64,000 nucleotides of DNA from Armatimonadota bacterium (GTDB lineage Bacteria; Armatimonadota; UBA5829; DSUL01): contig AP024674.1 in NCBI GenBank assembly GCA_025998755.1, forward strand, positions 1,104,162 to 1,168,161, in the 5' to 3' direction. Position numbers and translations under genes: made by a program. Position 1 is the stretch's first letter, and every line of letters starts with the position of its first letter. The notes under the pieces were generated by a model. It was not told the DNA's origin, ran no database searches, and saw only the letters and a program-made list of their open reading frames with translations. This document shows, piece by piece, positions 21,903 through 32,204 of the stretch.

Positions 21903-23099
21903 TTAGGTATTGGCAGCCATCGCCGCGGTCGCCGCAGCCTTCCCGCGCCCGGCGGCGGCTTCAGGCTCCCGCCAGACAACAGGAACCGGAAGGATATACG
22001 TCCTTGGAGCAAGCATGCGCCCGCTTAGCTGCTCGAAGATCAGATCCACCGCGATCTCACCCGCGCGGGTGAAGCCCGGACGGGACGTAGGGAACGGGGG
22101 AGTGAACCAGCGGGCCGTATCGTGGTCATCGAAGCCCGTCACACGGATGTCTCCGGGAACATCCACCCCACGTGCCAACAGCGCCTGCGTTAGCATGATG
22201 GCCGTCTGATCCTCCCATGCGATGACGGCATCGGGGACCGGATCCAGCGCGAGCAACCGGGCCGCAAGCTCATCCATGTCGCCTTCCCGGCCTGCAATCC
22301 ACATCTCCACTCGCTCGACTCCCGGCCACCCGACATATTGATCAGGTATGGGAAGTCCGGCATCTTTCATGGCCGTGCGCCATCCCCTGGCGCGCTCGGC
22401 GATGGACCGCCACACGGTCCCCGGCGTGATATCCATAAAGAGGATGTTCCGGTGGCCCCTGCGCAACAGCTCGCGGGTCATGTCATATCCCAGGCGGTAG
22501 TTGTCGAAAGTGACGATGTGGCGGCCCCATTCTTCCGTGCCGAGGTCAATCAGCACGATGGGGATGTCCCTCCAGCGCCTGGCGAGGTAGTCATCCTCAA
22601 GGGCGCCCCCTTTTCGCATGATCGGGTTCAGGATGATGCCCTGCGCTCCAGCTTCCAGGTGTTCCGCGACTAGTTCCTCCTCGTGCTGGACGTCGAAGCT
22701 GGAGGAGCCCATCAGGAGACCGAAGCCGAGCTCCCTAGCCCGGCGCTCTACTCCACGATATACCCTGACGCTCAGCCAGTCGTGACGCAGAGGGACAAGA
22801 AGGCTCAGCAACCGCCCACCACCGTTACCCCCGTTGCCTAAGCGGGACGGCTCCGCGATGTATGATCCACTTCCGTGCCGCGTGACAATCAGCCCCTCTG
22901 ACTCCAGGAGGGAAAGCGCGCGGGAGATGGTGGGCAGGCTGACGCCGAACCGGTCCTGAAGATATCGCTGAGTAGGCAGCTTGCTCCCCGGCGTGGCTCC
23001 GGGTCCGCTCAGCCACTCCTCGCGAATTGCGTTCGCGATCCTCTCATATGCGGGCAACCTATCCACTGCCCTGTCCTCCAACCGGCGTATACCGGACAA
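21903..23099 (-). CDS. GntR-HTH / LacI-type sugar-binding hybrid regulator (AraR-like)
   Basis: N-terminal KLPT...[12 protein letters not shown]...GSGSYI (GntR) and C-terminal [12 protein letters not shown] (LacI ligand domain). The start may be GTG 23066. Confidence 0.88.
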   Translation of the reverse strand: MSGIRRLEDRAVDRLPAYERIANAIREEWLSGPGATPGSKLPTQRYLQDRFGVSLPTISRALSLLESEGLIVTRHGSGSYIAEPSRLGNGGNGGGRLLSLLVPLRHDWLSVRVYRGVERRARELGFGLLMGSSSFDVQHEEELVAEHLEAGAQGIILNPIMRKGGALEDDYLARRWRDIPIVLIDLGTEEWGRHIVTFDNYRLGYDMTRELLRRGHRNILFMDITPGTVWRSIAERARGWRTAMKDAGLPIPDQYVGWPGVERVEMWIAGREGDMDELAARLLALDPVPDAVIAWEDQTAIMLTQALLARGVDVPGDIRVTGFDDHDTARWFTPPFPTSRPGFTRAGEIAVDLIFEQLSGRMLAPRTYILPVPVVWREPEAAAGRGKAAATAAMAANT

Positions 23100-23138
23100 G
23101 GGGCCCTTCCGACACCGTGCGCCTTCAGACCCTTCTCA

Positions 23139-23921
23139 TTATCGCCTATAAGCCGGATTGTCGACGCCCCTGTTCGGCAGGAAGCCCCAGTAACTGTCGT
23201 CGTCCATCCGCTCCGGTATCTCGGCCTTTGCATGGCCGTCAAAGAACAGATAATTGACGACGCTTCCGCCGGCGTGCTCGCCTTCTTTCGGCTTGTAGCC
23301 GGCCAGAGACTGATAGGCCGGGAAACCGAACGTGTTGTAGTCGCGGGTGTTCGGGATGGGGTTCCCGCCTGCGTCCACCTTCAAACCATAAGCCCATTCG
23401 CAAAGCAGCACATACCGTGAGTGCTCAGGCTTCATCTGACCCTCCGTCCAGGTGAAAGCCACCGGCTCCGCCAGAGGGCCGCTGGCAGGCCTCCCCATGA
23501 TCATCCAGTCCAGCAGCGGCTGATCGTTGAGAGCATAGCTTCGTTTGTGGGGCTTGACGCCCGGGATCTTCTCCGTGCGACGCGCTCCATCAGACGGGCA
23601 TCCGTAGACGGCCACATTCTTCACGTAAGGGAAGATGGCGACATCCCAAGTGACCCATCCCTGATATTGCTCGGGATGGATCTTGGGAGTCGAAGGGTCA
23701 ATGCGCTGGGCGCCGGCCGGGTAGCGGCCCTTGTGATCGTCCACATACATCTTGAACGCCACGCCCAGCTGCTTCAGATTGTTGAGACAGCCGGTCAGCC
23801 TGGCCTTCTCGCGCGCCTGCAGGAATACGGGGAACAGAATGGCGGCGAGGATGGCGATGATGGCGATGACCACGAGCAGTTCAATCAGGGTGAACCCCTT
23901 ACGGACTTTTGCGGACTGCAC
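23139..23921 (-). CDS. Prepilin-type N-terminal cleavage/methylation, H-X-DG protein
   Basis: [41 protein letters not shown] and H...NYLFFDGHA. Confidence 0.9.
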   Translation of the reverse strand: MQSAKVRKGFTLIELLVVIAIIAILAAILFPVFLQAREKARLTGCLNNLKQLGVAFKMYVDDHKGRYPAGAQRIDPSTPKIHPEQYQGWVTWDVAIFPYVKNVAVYGCPSDGARRTEKIPGVKPHKRSYALNDQPLLDWMIMGRPASGPLAEPVAFTWTEGQMKPEHSRYVLLCEWAYGLKVDAGGNPIPNTRDYNTFGFPAYQSLAGYKPKEGEHAGGSVVNYLFFDGHAKAEIPERMDDDSYWGFLPNRGVDNPAYRR

Positions 23922-23973
23922 CTTGCTGGCCCTCCGGATCAAACATTTGGCAGGCTCCGCCTGCCTGCTAACA

Positions 23974-24002
23974 ATTATGGCTAGTGTTCAGCCGTGTGTC
24001 AA
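23974..24002 (-). promoter_or_regulatory. Sigma70 promoter for the prepilin-GntR-prepilin genes
   Basis: TTGACA-17bp-CATAAT on the minus strand. Confidence 0.7.
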
Positions 24003-24062
24003 GAGTGTTTCGGAACAATTTCTGGTCGAATGCTAACACATTAACACAATGCAAATTTCTAC

Positions 24063-24091
24063 TTGACACAGGGCGGACCGAATGGCATACT
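24063..24091 (+). promoter_or_regulatory. Sigma70 promoter for the large secreted protein operon
   Basis: TTGACA-17bp-CATACT with an extended -10 TGG. Confidence 0.7.
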
Positions 24092-24202
24092 TGGCATGAT
24101 CCCGGGACTTTACGGCCCGCTTCCGGACACGCGGCGGTCCGGCCGGCGTCCGGAGATTCCGGGGGGGACCCGTGCAAGAATCCGAAAGGAGGGAACACTC
24201 TG

Positions 24203-26668
24203 ATGTTCCGTTTGTTCCGCTTCGCAGCTGCAGGGGTGGCCTTGCTGGTGGCGGCTTCCGTCCTGATGGCTGCAGAGTATGCCGTAAAACAGGACGGCAC
24301 TGCGGACTTCACCACAGTGTCGGCTGCCATCAATGCCGCCAATGCCAATCCGGGTGCGGATGTCATCACCATTCTGGACAGCGCCACTTATGACGAGGAC
24401 TTCCCCCGCCCGACCCAGAGCCTGACCATTCAGGCTGCTCCCGGCCAGACGCCCACGCTGAACAAGGTCTCCAGCGCCAGCGGCGTGGGTCAGGTCATCA
24501 GCTTTGCCGGGCAGGACGGAGACACATTCATCATCCGGGGAGCTTCGCCCACCGAGAAAATGACCGTAAAGAACTCGGTCGGGACAGGCCCGATCCTCGG
24601 CGGGGGGCCCGCTGCCGCGAGATCTTTCACCTACATTGCCGAGAACCTGATCCTGGAGCGCCCTGCAGACGGCGCTGGCAGCACAGGGCTCTTCTCGAAC
24701 ATCAACCACAACGGCCCGGCCGTTCTGCGCAATGTGGAGTTTGTGGGGCATTCGCCTTCCGCAGCTTCCTCCGCGGTGCTGAACATCACCGCCGCGCCGC
24801 ACACTGTGGAGGACTGCGTCTTCCGCCAGAACAATCCGGGGACCGTTATCTATCTGCAGGGCAAGGCCAGCACCTTCCGCCGCTGTAGCTTCCCGGGCAA
24901 CGTTGCCGGCGGCGCACTGGTCTACGCATCGCCCGCGTCGGAAGACTGTATCTTCGAGGACTGCGACCTGCGGCCCGCCAGCGGCTTCGGCGCCGTGGTC
25001 TATCTCGCGGGCGGAAACCACACCTTCACGCGCTGCTCGATCGGAGCTGCTCCCGGCGCGCCGCCTCCCGGCGTTCAGACCATACGGACGAACGGGGCGT
25101 ATAGCGGTACGGTGACTTTTGAGAGCTGCTCGCTGGGCTCGGGCGGTGGCGCCGGATATTACCGGTTCTTCAGCGACAACAGCGCCGGCACGTTTATCTT
25201 CAACAACCCCGTCTTCCTGGACGGTTGCGGAGACGTCGCCTTCCACTGTTTTGGCGGCGCAATGAAGGTCACCATCGCAGGCAGCCCGCTCGCAAAGGCA
25301 TCCTTCGATCCGATCGTGCAGGGCGGGAACATCCTTCCCATCCGGTTCGCCGGAGCGAGCCTCACGCTGCGGGACGTCTCGGCGACCGTGAAAGGCCCGG
25401 CGGCCACCTTCATGGACAGCGCGTTCGAAGGACCGCTGCTCAATCCCTTGACAGTGTCGCTGGAGCGGTGCGAGTTCCTGAACGGCGCCGGTGTCTTCAA
25501 CCTGGTGCTCCGCGATTCCGTAGGAAATCCGGTGTTCCGCGATCAGCCGTTGGATCTCTATGCAACTAACTGCATCTGGCAGGGAGCCGGCGAGGATCAC
25601 TTCATCTGGACAAAGGATTCCCAGACGTTCATCCTGGCGCCCGCCACCATCAACCTCAAGCACTGCACGTTGTTCGGGCGGATCACGAACACCTTCATCT
25701 GGGGATCGCGTCTGGAGGAAGGGGACGGCACGACGGACGTGCTGACCGCTGAATACTGTATCTTCGACGCGCATCAGCAGCAGCCCATCAGCTTCTCCAA
25801 CCTGGACCTGACCGGCCAGAAAAACCTGGTCTTCTGGAGCACCACGAGCCCGGGTGTGGTGGGGTTCGGCGTTTATCCGCCGGATACGATCATCCGGTTC
25901 CCCGCTCTGTCGGCCACGGGCCGGTTGAATGCGACCAGCGTTCCCGCCTTCGCGAAGGCGGTAGGCTCCGACGTTGTGGATGATATTGACGGACGGGCCC
26001 GCCCGCTTCCAGCCTCGGCATCGGCGCCCGACCTTGGGGCGGCGGAGTTCGACGAGCCCACGCCTGTGGATGTGTCTTCCATCGCCCAGCTCAAGGAGCT
26101 CCCGGACGGCACATTCGCCCGGCTGACGGGCAAGGTGGTCACCGGGCGGTTCCCGTGGTGGTTCTACATTCAGGACGAGGACCGCACATCCGGCATCCGC
26201 GCGGACTGGTGGTTGGGATCGTCCGCGAACGTGAATGATCGGGTGACCATCACCGGATCGCTGGTGACGGTGGGCGCAGGCCAGGAGAAGTGGCTGACCG
26301 GCGGTGAGATCCTCTCCGCCACTCCTGGTGCTCCGATCCGACCTCTGGTTATCGCCAACAAGGCTCAGGTCAACACCTTCAACGGCGTCGGCCTGAAGAC
26401 ATACGGTCTGCTGGTGCACACCGCCGGACGCGTCACCGCCGTCCCCTACGGCAACTGCTACTACATTGATGATGGCACCGGGTTCGAGGACGGCAGCGGG
26501 CGGAAAGGCATCTGCATTTACAACATCAACGGCGAGCCGAGCCCAGCAGTTGGCCAGTTCGTCCTGGTGACCGGATGTTCCGGGTTCAACATTGTCCCGG
26601 TGGGAGATCCGGTGACCGGCAGTGTCCCGTCGCCCGTCATCTGGCAGACTCAGATGATCGCACTGTAA
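24203..26668 (+). CDS. Large secreted protein: pectin-lyase-like beta-helix plus conserved C-terminal domain
   Basis: RBS GAAAGGAGG and signal peptide; VKQDGTADFTTVSAAI start, Cys/Phe-patterned beta-helix repeats and DIDGRARP...APDLGAAE (choice-of-anchor Q-like). Confidence 0.75.
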   Translation: MFRLFRFAAAGVALLVAASVLMAAEYAVKQDGTADFTTVSAAINAANANPGADVITILDSATYDEDFPRPTQSLTIQAAPGQTPTLNKVSSASGVGQVISFAGQDGDTFIIRGASPTEKMTVKNSVGTGPILGGGPAAARSFTYIAENLILERPADGAGSTGLFSNINHNGPAVLRNVEFVGHSPSAASSAVLNITAAPHTVEDCVFRQNNPGTVIYLQGKASTFRRCSFPGNVAGGALVYASPASEDCIFEDCDLRPASGFGAVVYLAGGNHTFTRCSIGAAPGAPPPGVQTIRTNGAYSGTVTFESCSLGSGGGAGYYRFFSDNSAGTFIFNNPVFLDGCGDVAFHCFGGAMKVTIAGSPLAKASFDPIVQGGNILPIRFAGASLTLRDVSATVKGPAATFMDSAFEGPLLNPLTVSLERCEFLNGAGVFNLVLRDSVGNPVFRDQPLDLYATNCIWQGAGEDHFIWTKDSQTFILAPATINLKHCTLFGRITNTFIWGSRLEEGDGTTDVLTAEYCIFDAHQQQPISFSNLDLTGQKNLVFWSTTSPGVVGFGVYPPDTIIRFPALSATGRLNATSVPAFAKAVGSDVVDDIDGRARPLPASASAPDLGAAEFDEPTPVDVSSIAQLKELPDGTFARLTGKVVTGRFPWWFYIQDEDRTSGIRADWWLGSSANVNDRVTITGSLVTVGAGQEKWLTGGEILSATPGAPIRPLVIANKAQVNTFNGVGLKTYGLLVHTAGRVTAVPYGNCYYIDDGTGFEDGSGRKGICIYNINGEPSPAVGQFVLVTGCSGFNIVPVGDPVTGSVPSPVIWQTQMIAL

Positions 26669-26782
26669 TACCCTCGCGGAAAAGCAAGACAAGGCACAGC
26701 AAAAGACGGGTCCGGCACCACGGGGCCGGACCCGTCTCCCCAGATGACCCGGACGAGCCGCTCTCGAACACAGGCAGCCCAG

Positions 26783-29700
26783 ATGAAAGTCACCCGACAT
26801 ATTCTTTTCCTGTCCTTGCTGGCAAGCACGCTGTCGCATAATGCTGAGGCGTCCCTGACAATTGAGCAGATCTCGTTCCACCGCGCCACCTACTCGCAAG
26901 CGTATACCGAGAACTACCCGGCGGACAACGGCGGGGTGATGTTCGTGTTCGTCCGTAATGGCGGAACCTTACCGGTCGCCGTGAGCGAGGTCCGTGTCAA
27001 CGGCACTCCGGTGCAGGATCTGCAGGCCAACGGGACGATCTCCTGGTGGCGCATTTGGCCCGCCGTCGTACCGGCGGGAGGGGTGTCCACCGTGACCGTA
27101 AAAGCGACGGGCGTGCCTCTGGCCGAAGGATCCGGCGTGACAGTGACGGTCACGCCGGCGGTTGGCCAGCCGGTTACCGCGACCGCCACCCTGAGCACCC
27201 CCCGACTGCGCATCGGCGGAGTGCTGCCCTCTCCGGACTGGCGCACGGTTTACGTGTTCCTGCGCAATCTGGATACGGTCTCCCACACGGTGACGCAGCT
27301 TTTTCTGAACGACGACGTGACAGCCTCAATGACGCTTGCCGGCGGGCCGGTCATCGCGCCGAACAGCGTCGGAATCGCCAAGGTCACCTACCCTGCCCCG
27401 CTTTCCCCTCTGACCCCTCTGGCGGTGCGCGTGCGCTCCTCACGGGCCGGAGGAGAGATTGTAACCGTGGGCGCGCCGGTGAGACTGGTGGAGCCTTGGT
27501 TTCCTGTGGGTTCCTGGAGCTCCAGCATGGCGACAAACGACACCGGGCAGGAGCTTTCCCGCCAGGCGCTGCTCGATACCGTGACGGGCAGTAACGACTG
27601 GCAGGCCATCCGGCAGATGGCCGACCGGTTCTTCATCCGCACGTTCAACAGCATCAATACCGGCGAGCCGAAGTATCCGGACCCGGCCGTGGTGGCGGCT
27701 CAAACAGGCAACCTCGACATCCGCGCATGGTTTCTGCGCGACGAGCCCGATCTGAACGGAGTTCCCGTGCTGCAGATTAAGGAGGGCAATGACATCCTCT
27801 GGGCGGACCCCACCCATCCGTCCTTCCTGAACCTGAACACCACGCGCGCATTCAATGCGTACGGACACATCCCGGACGTCATTGGCCAGGATCATTACGT
27901 GATGTACGCGCCGAACAACATCCCCGGCACGGGCATCACGCGCTTCGCCCGGCTGGAAGAAGCCATCGAGTTCAGCGATCAACTCAAGCTGAACACCGAG
28001 CCGAAGATCATGTGGAACTGGAGCCAGCTAGCAGGCAGCGCGTGGAACCGGCAGCCTGAGCCGTGGGGTGTCAACTACCAGTTTTGGGGGAACGTAATGA
28101 CCGGCTCCAAAGGCATCCTGTGGTTCGTGCTGCAGCCAAACAGCGCTTCCAACTACCCCGCCCAGTTCCAGGAGGCTGTCAAGCTGGGCAGGCAACTCAG
28201 CCAGATCCGAAACCTTTGCCTGTATGGAGAGTCCATCCCGAACCTGACGTTCAGCACCACACGGGCACTGGGACGCTCCCTGGTGGGAGAGAACGCCGTC
28301 GTGGTGATCGTGCTTAACAACAACTACAGCGTCGGGGGCTTCCCCTGGTCTCCCAGCTATAGCATCAGCCCGCTCTCCGGCACCGTGACGGTCCCCGTTC
28401 CCTCGTGGATACCGGTGCAGCAGGTCTACCGCGTCACTCCGGAAGGAATGGATACGCCCATCCATTCCGTGAATCCTGACGGCACGGTGACCATATCCTT
28501 CTCTATGCACACAGAGATGCAGGTCTTTGTCATCGGGAGGCAGGACGCCACACCGCCTGCGGCTCCGTCTCGGGTGTGCATAGCGCGATATACTGGACCG
28601 GACAGATGCCGTCTCTCCTGGGAGGAGCCCTACGACGACTTCGGAGTCAAGGGCTACAAAGTCTACGCCGACGGGCAGGAGATTGCCGACGTCCGCGAGC
28701 CGATGGCCACCATATCCGGGCTGGTGAATCCGGAGAATATCCGCTTCACGGTCCGGGCCTACGACTCCGCAGGGAATCTGAGCCAGCCATCCCCGAATGT
28801 TCGCTGGCTGACCTGGAGCTTCGAGACGACCGGTTACTTCATGGGCTGGGACATGGCAAACCAGGTGCTGCTTCCGGCCGTGACGGGCGGCGCGCTGCAG
28901 TTCGATATCGGGGGCAATGACCCGTACATCATCTCCCCTGAGATCCGCGCCGACGCCTCGCGCTTTCGGTATCTCAGGATCCGCATGCGCAACTCGAGCG
29001 CCGGCACGCTGGGGCAGGTCTTCTTCTCCACGGAAGCCGCGCCGGGCTGGGACCAAAGCCGAACAGTCACCTTCAGCCTGTTTCCCAACGACGTGGGGTT
29101 CACGGAGTACTTCGTGGACATGGGCTCGAGCGCCCAGTGGACGGGCACGATCACTCGCATCCGCCTGGACCCGGTGGCGAACGTCTCCGCGGGACGCATC
29201 GCAATCGAGGAGATTCAGCTAACTCCGTTTGCATCCCCTGACAGCACGCCTCCAATCGGGTCCCTTTTGATCAACGGTGGCACCCAGTTCACCAACAACA
29301 TCGCGGTAACCCTGAACCTGACCGCCACCGACGACTCCGGAGTGATCGCCGCTCAGTTCAGTCAGAACGGAGTCTCCTGGACGGCTTGGGAGCCGTTCGC
29401 GCCCACGCGCAGCTGGAACCTGGTGAGCCTGGACGGCACAAGATCCGTCTTTGCGCGGTTCCGTGATCCTTACGGGAATATATCCGCGCCCGTCTCAGAC
29501 ACCATCGGCCTGGACCGCGTTCCTCCTCCCACTCCGGCGCAGCCGTCCGGTCCATCGCCATTCACCGGCGATCCGCAGGTCACCTTCACCTGGAACGCCG
29601 TGACGGATGCTCTGAGCGGGACAGCAGGCTATATCTGCAGGATCGGGACCACGCCGGGCGGGTCGGACGTCTTCAACGGAAGCGTCGGGAATACTCTCAG

Positions 29701-30748
29701 CAAGACCATCACGGGACAGAGCGGGCAGACCTACTACTGCCGCGTCCAGGCGGTGGACAACGCAGGAAATATCAGCGGCCTCTCCCCGGTCAGCGCCGGC
29801 GTGCTGGTGGATACGGAACCGCCTGCCGCGCCGTCAGCTCCAAGCGACGCGGGCGTCCACACCACCTCGCCCACGGTTCTGTTCCAGTGGAGCGCCCCGG
29901 ACGATCCGGGAGGCAGCGGGGTGGCCGGGTACGACCTTCAGGTTGGCACGACTCCGGGCGCATCGGATGTCTTCTCCGGCGACATCGGCGACATCCTCTC
30001 GCACAGCATTCAGGGAGAGGCGGGGCGCAGCTACTTCAGCAGGGTGAGAGCCCGCGATAGAGCGGGCAACTTGGGCGGATGGTCACAGTGGAGCGACGGG
30101 ATAGCCGTGGTTGAACACGCGGGGCTCACTCCAGCCGCGGCCAAACTGCTCCCCGACGGCGCATCCGCCGGGATCTCCGGCGCCGTTGTCAGCCAGATAT
30201 CCGGGGCTCAGATCTGGGTGCAGGATGCCGGCAGAGCCGCCGGTCTGCGGGTGCGGCTGCTCGCGCCCGCCGAAGGGATCGCGCCAGGGAGCAGGGTGGA
30301 AGCCGGTGGTGCGATGGCCACCCTGCCGGAGGGAGAACGGTACCTGGAAGGAGTCGCGGGTGTGACGGCGCCGGGATCCGCACCTGAGCCGCTCGGAATC
30401 TCGAACGCCGCGCTTGGCGGAGGCGGTTGGTTCCACGATGCTGAGACGGGAGCTGGACAGGCCGGAGTTACGGGCGCTGCGGGAACAGGCAACATAGGGT
30501 TGCTGGTCAGGATATGGGGCCGCGTGACCCATGTGGATCCCGCAGGCGGCTTCTTCGTAATCTCGGATGGGAGCGGTGTGACAGACGCCTCGGGGCAAGC
30601 AGGAGTGCGGGTCTCGGGGGTCGTCCCGTCCTGGCTGGCTCACGGCGAGATGGTTGGAGTGCGCGGCATCAGCTCTTGCTTCCGCGAAGGCGCTCAGACT
30701 TTCAGGCTCCTAATCGTCGCAGGGGAAGACGCCATCACGCGCCTCTGA
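26783..30748 (+). CDS. Large secreted multidomain protein (GH-like barrel, fibronectin type III repeats, conserved C-terminal domain)
   Basis: Signal peptide; WFLRDEPD GH-like segment; FN3 repeats (VRAYDSAGNLS, VQAVDNAGNIS, VRARDRAGNLG); C-terminal NIGLLVRIWGRV...ISDGSG. Confidence 0.78.
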   Translation: MKVTRHILFLSLLASTLSHNAEASLTIEQISFHRATYSQAYTENYPADNGGVMFVFVRNGGTLPVAVSEVRVNGTPVQDLQANGTISWWRIWPAVVPAGGVSTVTVKATGVPLAEGSGVTVTVTPAVGQPVTATATLSTPRLRIGGVLPSPDWRTVYVFLRNLDTVSHTVTQLFLNDDVTASMTLAGGPVIAPNSVGIAKVTYPAPLSPLTPLAVRVRSSRAGGEIVTVGAPVRLVEPWFPVGSWSSSMATNDTGQELSRQALLDTVTGSNDWQAIRQMADRFFIRTFNSINTGEPKYPDPAVVAAQTGNLDIRAWFLRDEPDLNGVPVLQIKEGNDILWADPTHPSFLNLNTTRAFNAYGHIPDVIGQDHYVMYAPNNIPGTGITRFARLEEAIEFSDQLKLNTEPKIMWNWSQLAGSAWNRQPEPWGVNYQFWGNVMTGSKGILWFVLQPNSASNYPAQFQEAVKLGRQLSQIRNLCLYGESIPNLTFSTTRALGRSLVGENAVVVIVLNNNYSVGGFPWSPSYSISPLSGTVTVPVPSWIPVQQVYRVTPEGMDTPIHSVNPDGTVTISFSMHTEMQVFVIGRQDATPPAAPSRVCIARYTGPDRCRLSWEEPYDDFGVKGYKVYADGQEIADVREPMATISGLVNPENIRFTVRAYDSAGNLSQPSPNVRWLTWSFETTGYFMGWDMANQVLLPAVTGGALQFDIGGNDPYIISPEIRADASRFRYLRIRMRNSSAGTLGQVFFSTEAAPGWDQSRTVTFSLFPNDVGFTEYFVDMGSSAQWTGTITRIRLDPVANVSAGRIAIEEIQLTPFASPDSTPPIGSLLINGGTQFTNNIAVTLNLTATDDSGVIAAQFSQNGVSWTAWEPFAPTRSWNLVSLDGTRSVFARFRDPYGNISAPVSDTIGLDRVPPPTPAQPSGPSPFTGDPQVTFTWNAVTDALSGTAGYICRIGTTPGGSDVFNGSVGNTLSKTITGQSGQTYYCRVQAVDNAGNISGLSPVSAGVLVDTEPPAAPSAPSDAGVHTTSPTVLFQWSAPDDPGGSGVAGYDLQVGTTPGASDVFSGDIGDILSHSIQGEAGRSYFSRVRARDRAGNLGGWSQWSDGIAVVEHAGLTPAAAKLLPDGASAGISGAVVSQISGAQIWVQDAGRAAGLRVRLLAPAEGIAPGSRVEAGGAMATLPEGERYLEGVAGVTAPGSAPEPLGISNAALGGGGWFHDAETGAGQAGVTGAAGTGNIGLLVRIWGRVTHVDPAGGFFVISDGSGVTDASGQAGVRVSGVVPSWLAHGEMVGVRGISSCFREGAQTFRLLIVAGEDAITRL

Positions 30749-30830
30749 GCCGGAGGCCTTCGCGCGTGAGAGGACTCGTTGCGACACGCGCCGAACTCTT
30801 GGCAGGGTTATCAGGAGGGCTCAGAACGGC

Positions 30831-32177
30831 ATGCGCAAGAGCAACGTCATCGCTTCCCTTGCCGCCGCCGTGTTGGCGGGGCTGGTGTTCGGATGCGGCC
30901 GCGCGCCTCAGGAGGAGGTGCTGGAGGTCGCGGTCTTCCAGGGCGGCTACGGCATAGACTTCTTCGAGCGCAAGGCTCGCCAGTTCGAGCAGGAGCATCC
31001 GGAGATCCTTACTCCACCCGGGAAGGACAAGCCACTGAAGATCAAACTTTGGGGCAGCCCGCGTGTCTGGGAGCAGCTTCGGCCCCGATTCGTCTCAGGC
31101 GAGGTGCCCGACCTCACCTGGCCCGGCTGGGGGATGGACTACTGGAAGCTGGTGGCCGAGAACCAGGCGATGCCGATGAACCGCTTCCTGGAGAAGAAGG
31201 CGTGGGACCGGGACATCCCCTGGAAAGACACCTTCGATAAGGCCCTGCTGGAGAAAGGGAGCTATAAGGGCAAGTATTACATCATCCCCTTCAATAACAA
31301 CCTCTTCAGCTGGTGGTACAACGCGGCGATGTTCGAGAAGAACGGCTGGAAGCCGCCGCGGACCTACCCCGAGCTGCTGGAACTCTGCGAAAAGATCAAG
31401 GCGAAAGGCATTGACCCCATCACGTTTCAGGGGAAATACCCGGACTACATGCTTCGCGGATTCCTGTTCCCATGGGTAATCTCCATCGGAGGGATAGACG
31501 CGTTCAACGACGCGCAGGATCTGAAGCCGGGAGCCTGGAAGAGCCCGGCCTTCCTGCAGGCCGCCCGGATGGTGGCCGAGCTTCGCGATCGGGGATACTT
31601 TGCGAAGGGGGCTCTCGGCAAGACGCACACTCAGGCGCAGTCGGATTTCGTGGCCGGTAAGGCAGCGTTCATCCCGTGCGGTACTTGGCTGGCCAGCGAG
31701 CAGAAAGACGACATCGCCGCTCACCCGGAGTTCCGGATGGAGTTCATGCTGACGCCTTACGTTCCCGGCGGCAAGGGCGATCCCACGGCACTTTGCACCG
31801 GCACCGAGGACTGGATCATCCCGGCGAAGGCGAAGCATCCGGAAATGGCGGCCGAGTTCTTCCGCTTCCTGACCAGCCTGGAGAACACGCGGGAGTGGGT
31901 GAAAGAGAAGAACACTTTCACCTGCATCCGCGGAAGCGAGGAAGTGGAGCTGCCTCCCTACCTGAAGGGCGCCGCGAAGCTTTACTCGCAATCCCGGCAG
32001 ATCTGGACCGCGCAGTACGCTCAGTGGTATCCGGAGATGAAGAAGGAGGCCGAGGACGCCCTGCGCCGGCTTCTGAACGGAGACATCACGCCGGAGAAGT
32101 GTGTGGATCTGATGGAGCAAGCTGCCGCCCGCATCCGGGCTAACCCGGACGTCATCAAACACAAGGTGCGCCGCTGA
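30831..32177 (+). CDS. Carbohydrate ABC transporter substrate-binding lipoprotein (NgcE-like)
   Basis: Lipobox LVFGC; FQGGYG, WYNAAMFEKNGW and AAFIPCGTWL. No permease genes are adjacent. Confidence 0.85.
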   Translation: MRKSNVIASLAAAVLAGLVFGCGRAPQEEVLEVAVFQGGYGIDFFERKARQFEQEHPEILTPPGKDKPLKIKLWGSPRVWEQLRPRFVSGEVPDLTWPGWGMDYWKLVAENQAMPMNRFLEKKAWDRDIPWKDTFDKALLEKGSYKGKYYIIPFNNNLFSWWYNAAMFEKNGWKPPRTYPELLELCEKIKAKGIDPITFQGKYPDYMLRGFLFPWVISIGGIDAFNDAQDLKPGAWKSPAFLQAARMVAELRDRGYFAKGALGKTHTQAQSDFVAGKAAFIPCGTWLASEQKDDIAAHPEFRMEFMLTPYVPGGKGDPTALCTGTEDWIIPAKAKHPEMAAEFFRFLTSLENTREWVKEKNTFTCIRGSEEVELPPYLKGAAKLYSQSRQIWTAQYAQWYPEMKKEAEDALRRLLNGDITPEKCVDLMEQAAARIRANPDVIKHKVRR

Positions 32178-32204
32178 GGGGGTCTGGCGCTCCGACAGAC
32201 TGCA

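Noticed and set aside
24110-26899. 929-aa minus-strand ORF
   Set aside because: Antisense shadow of the GC-rich secreted protein gene; no motifs.
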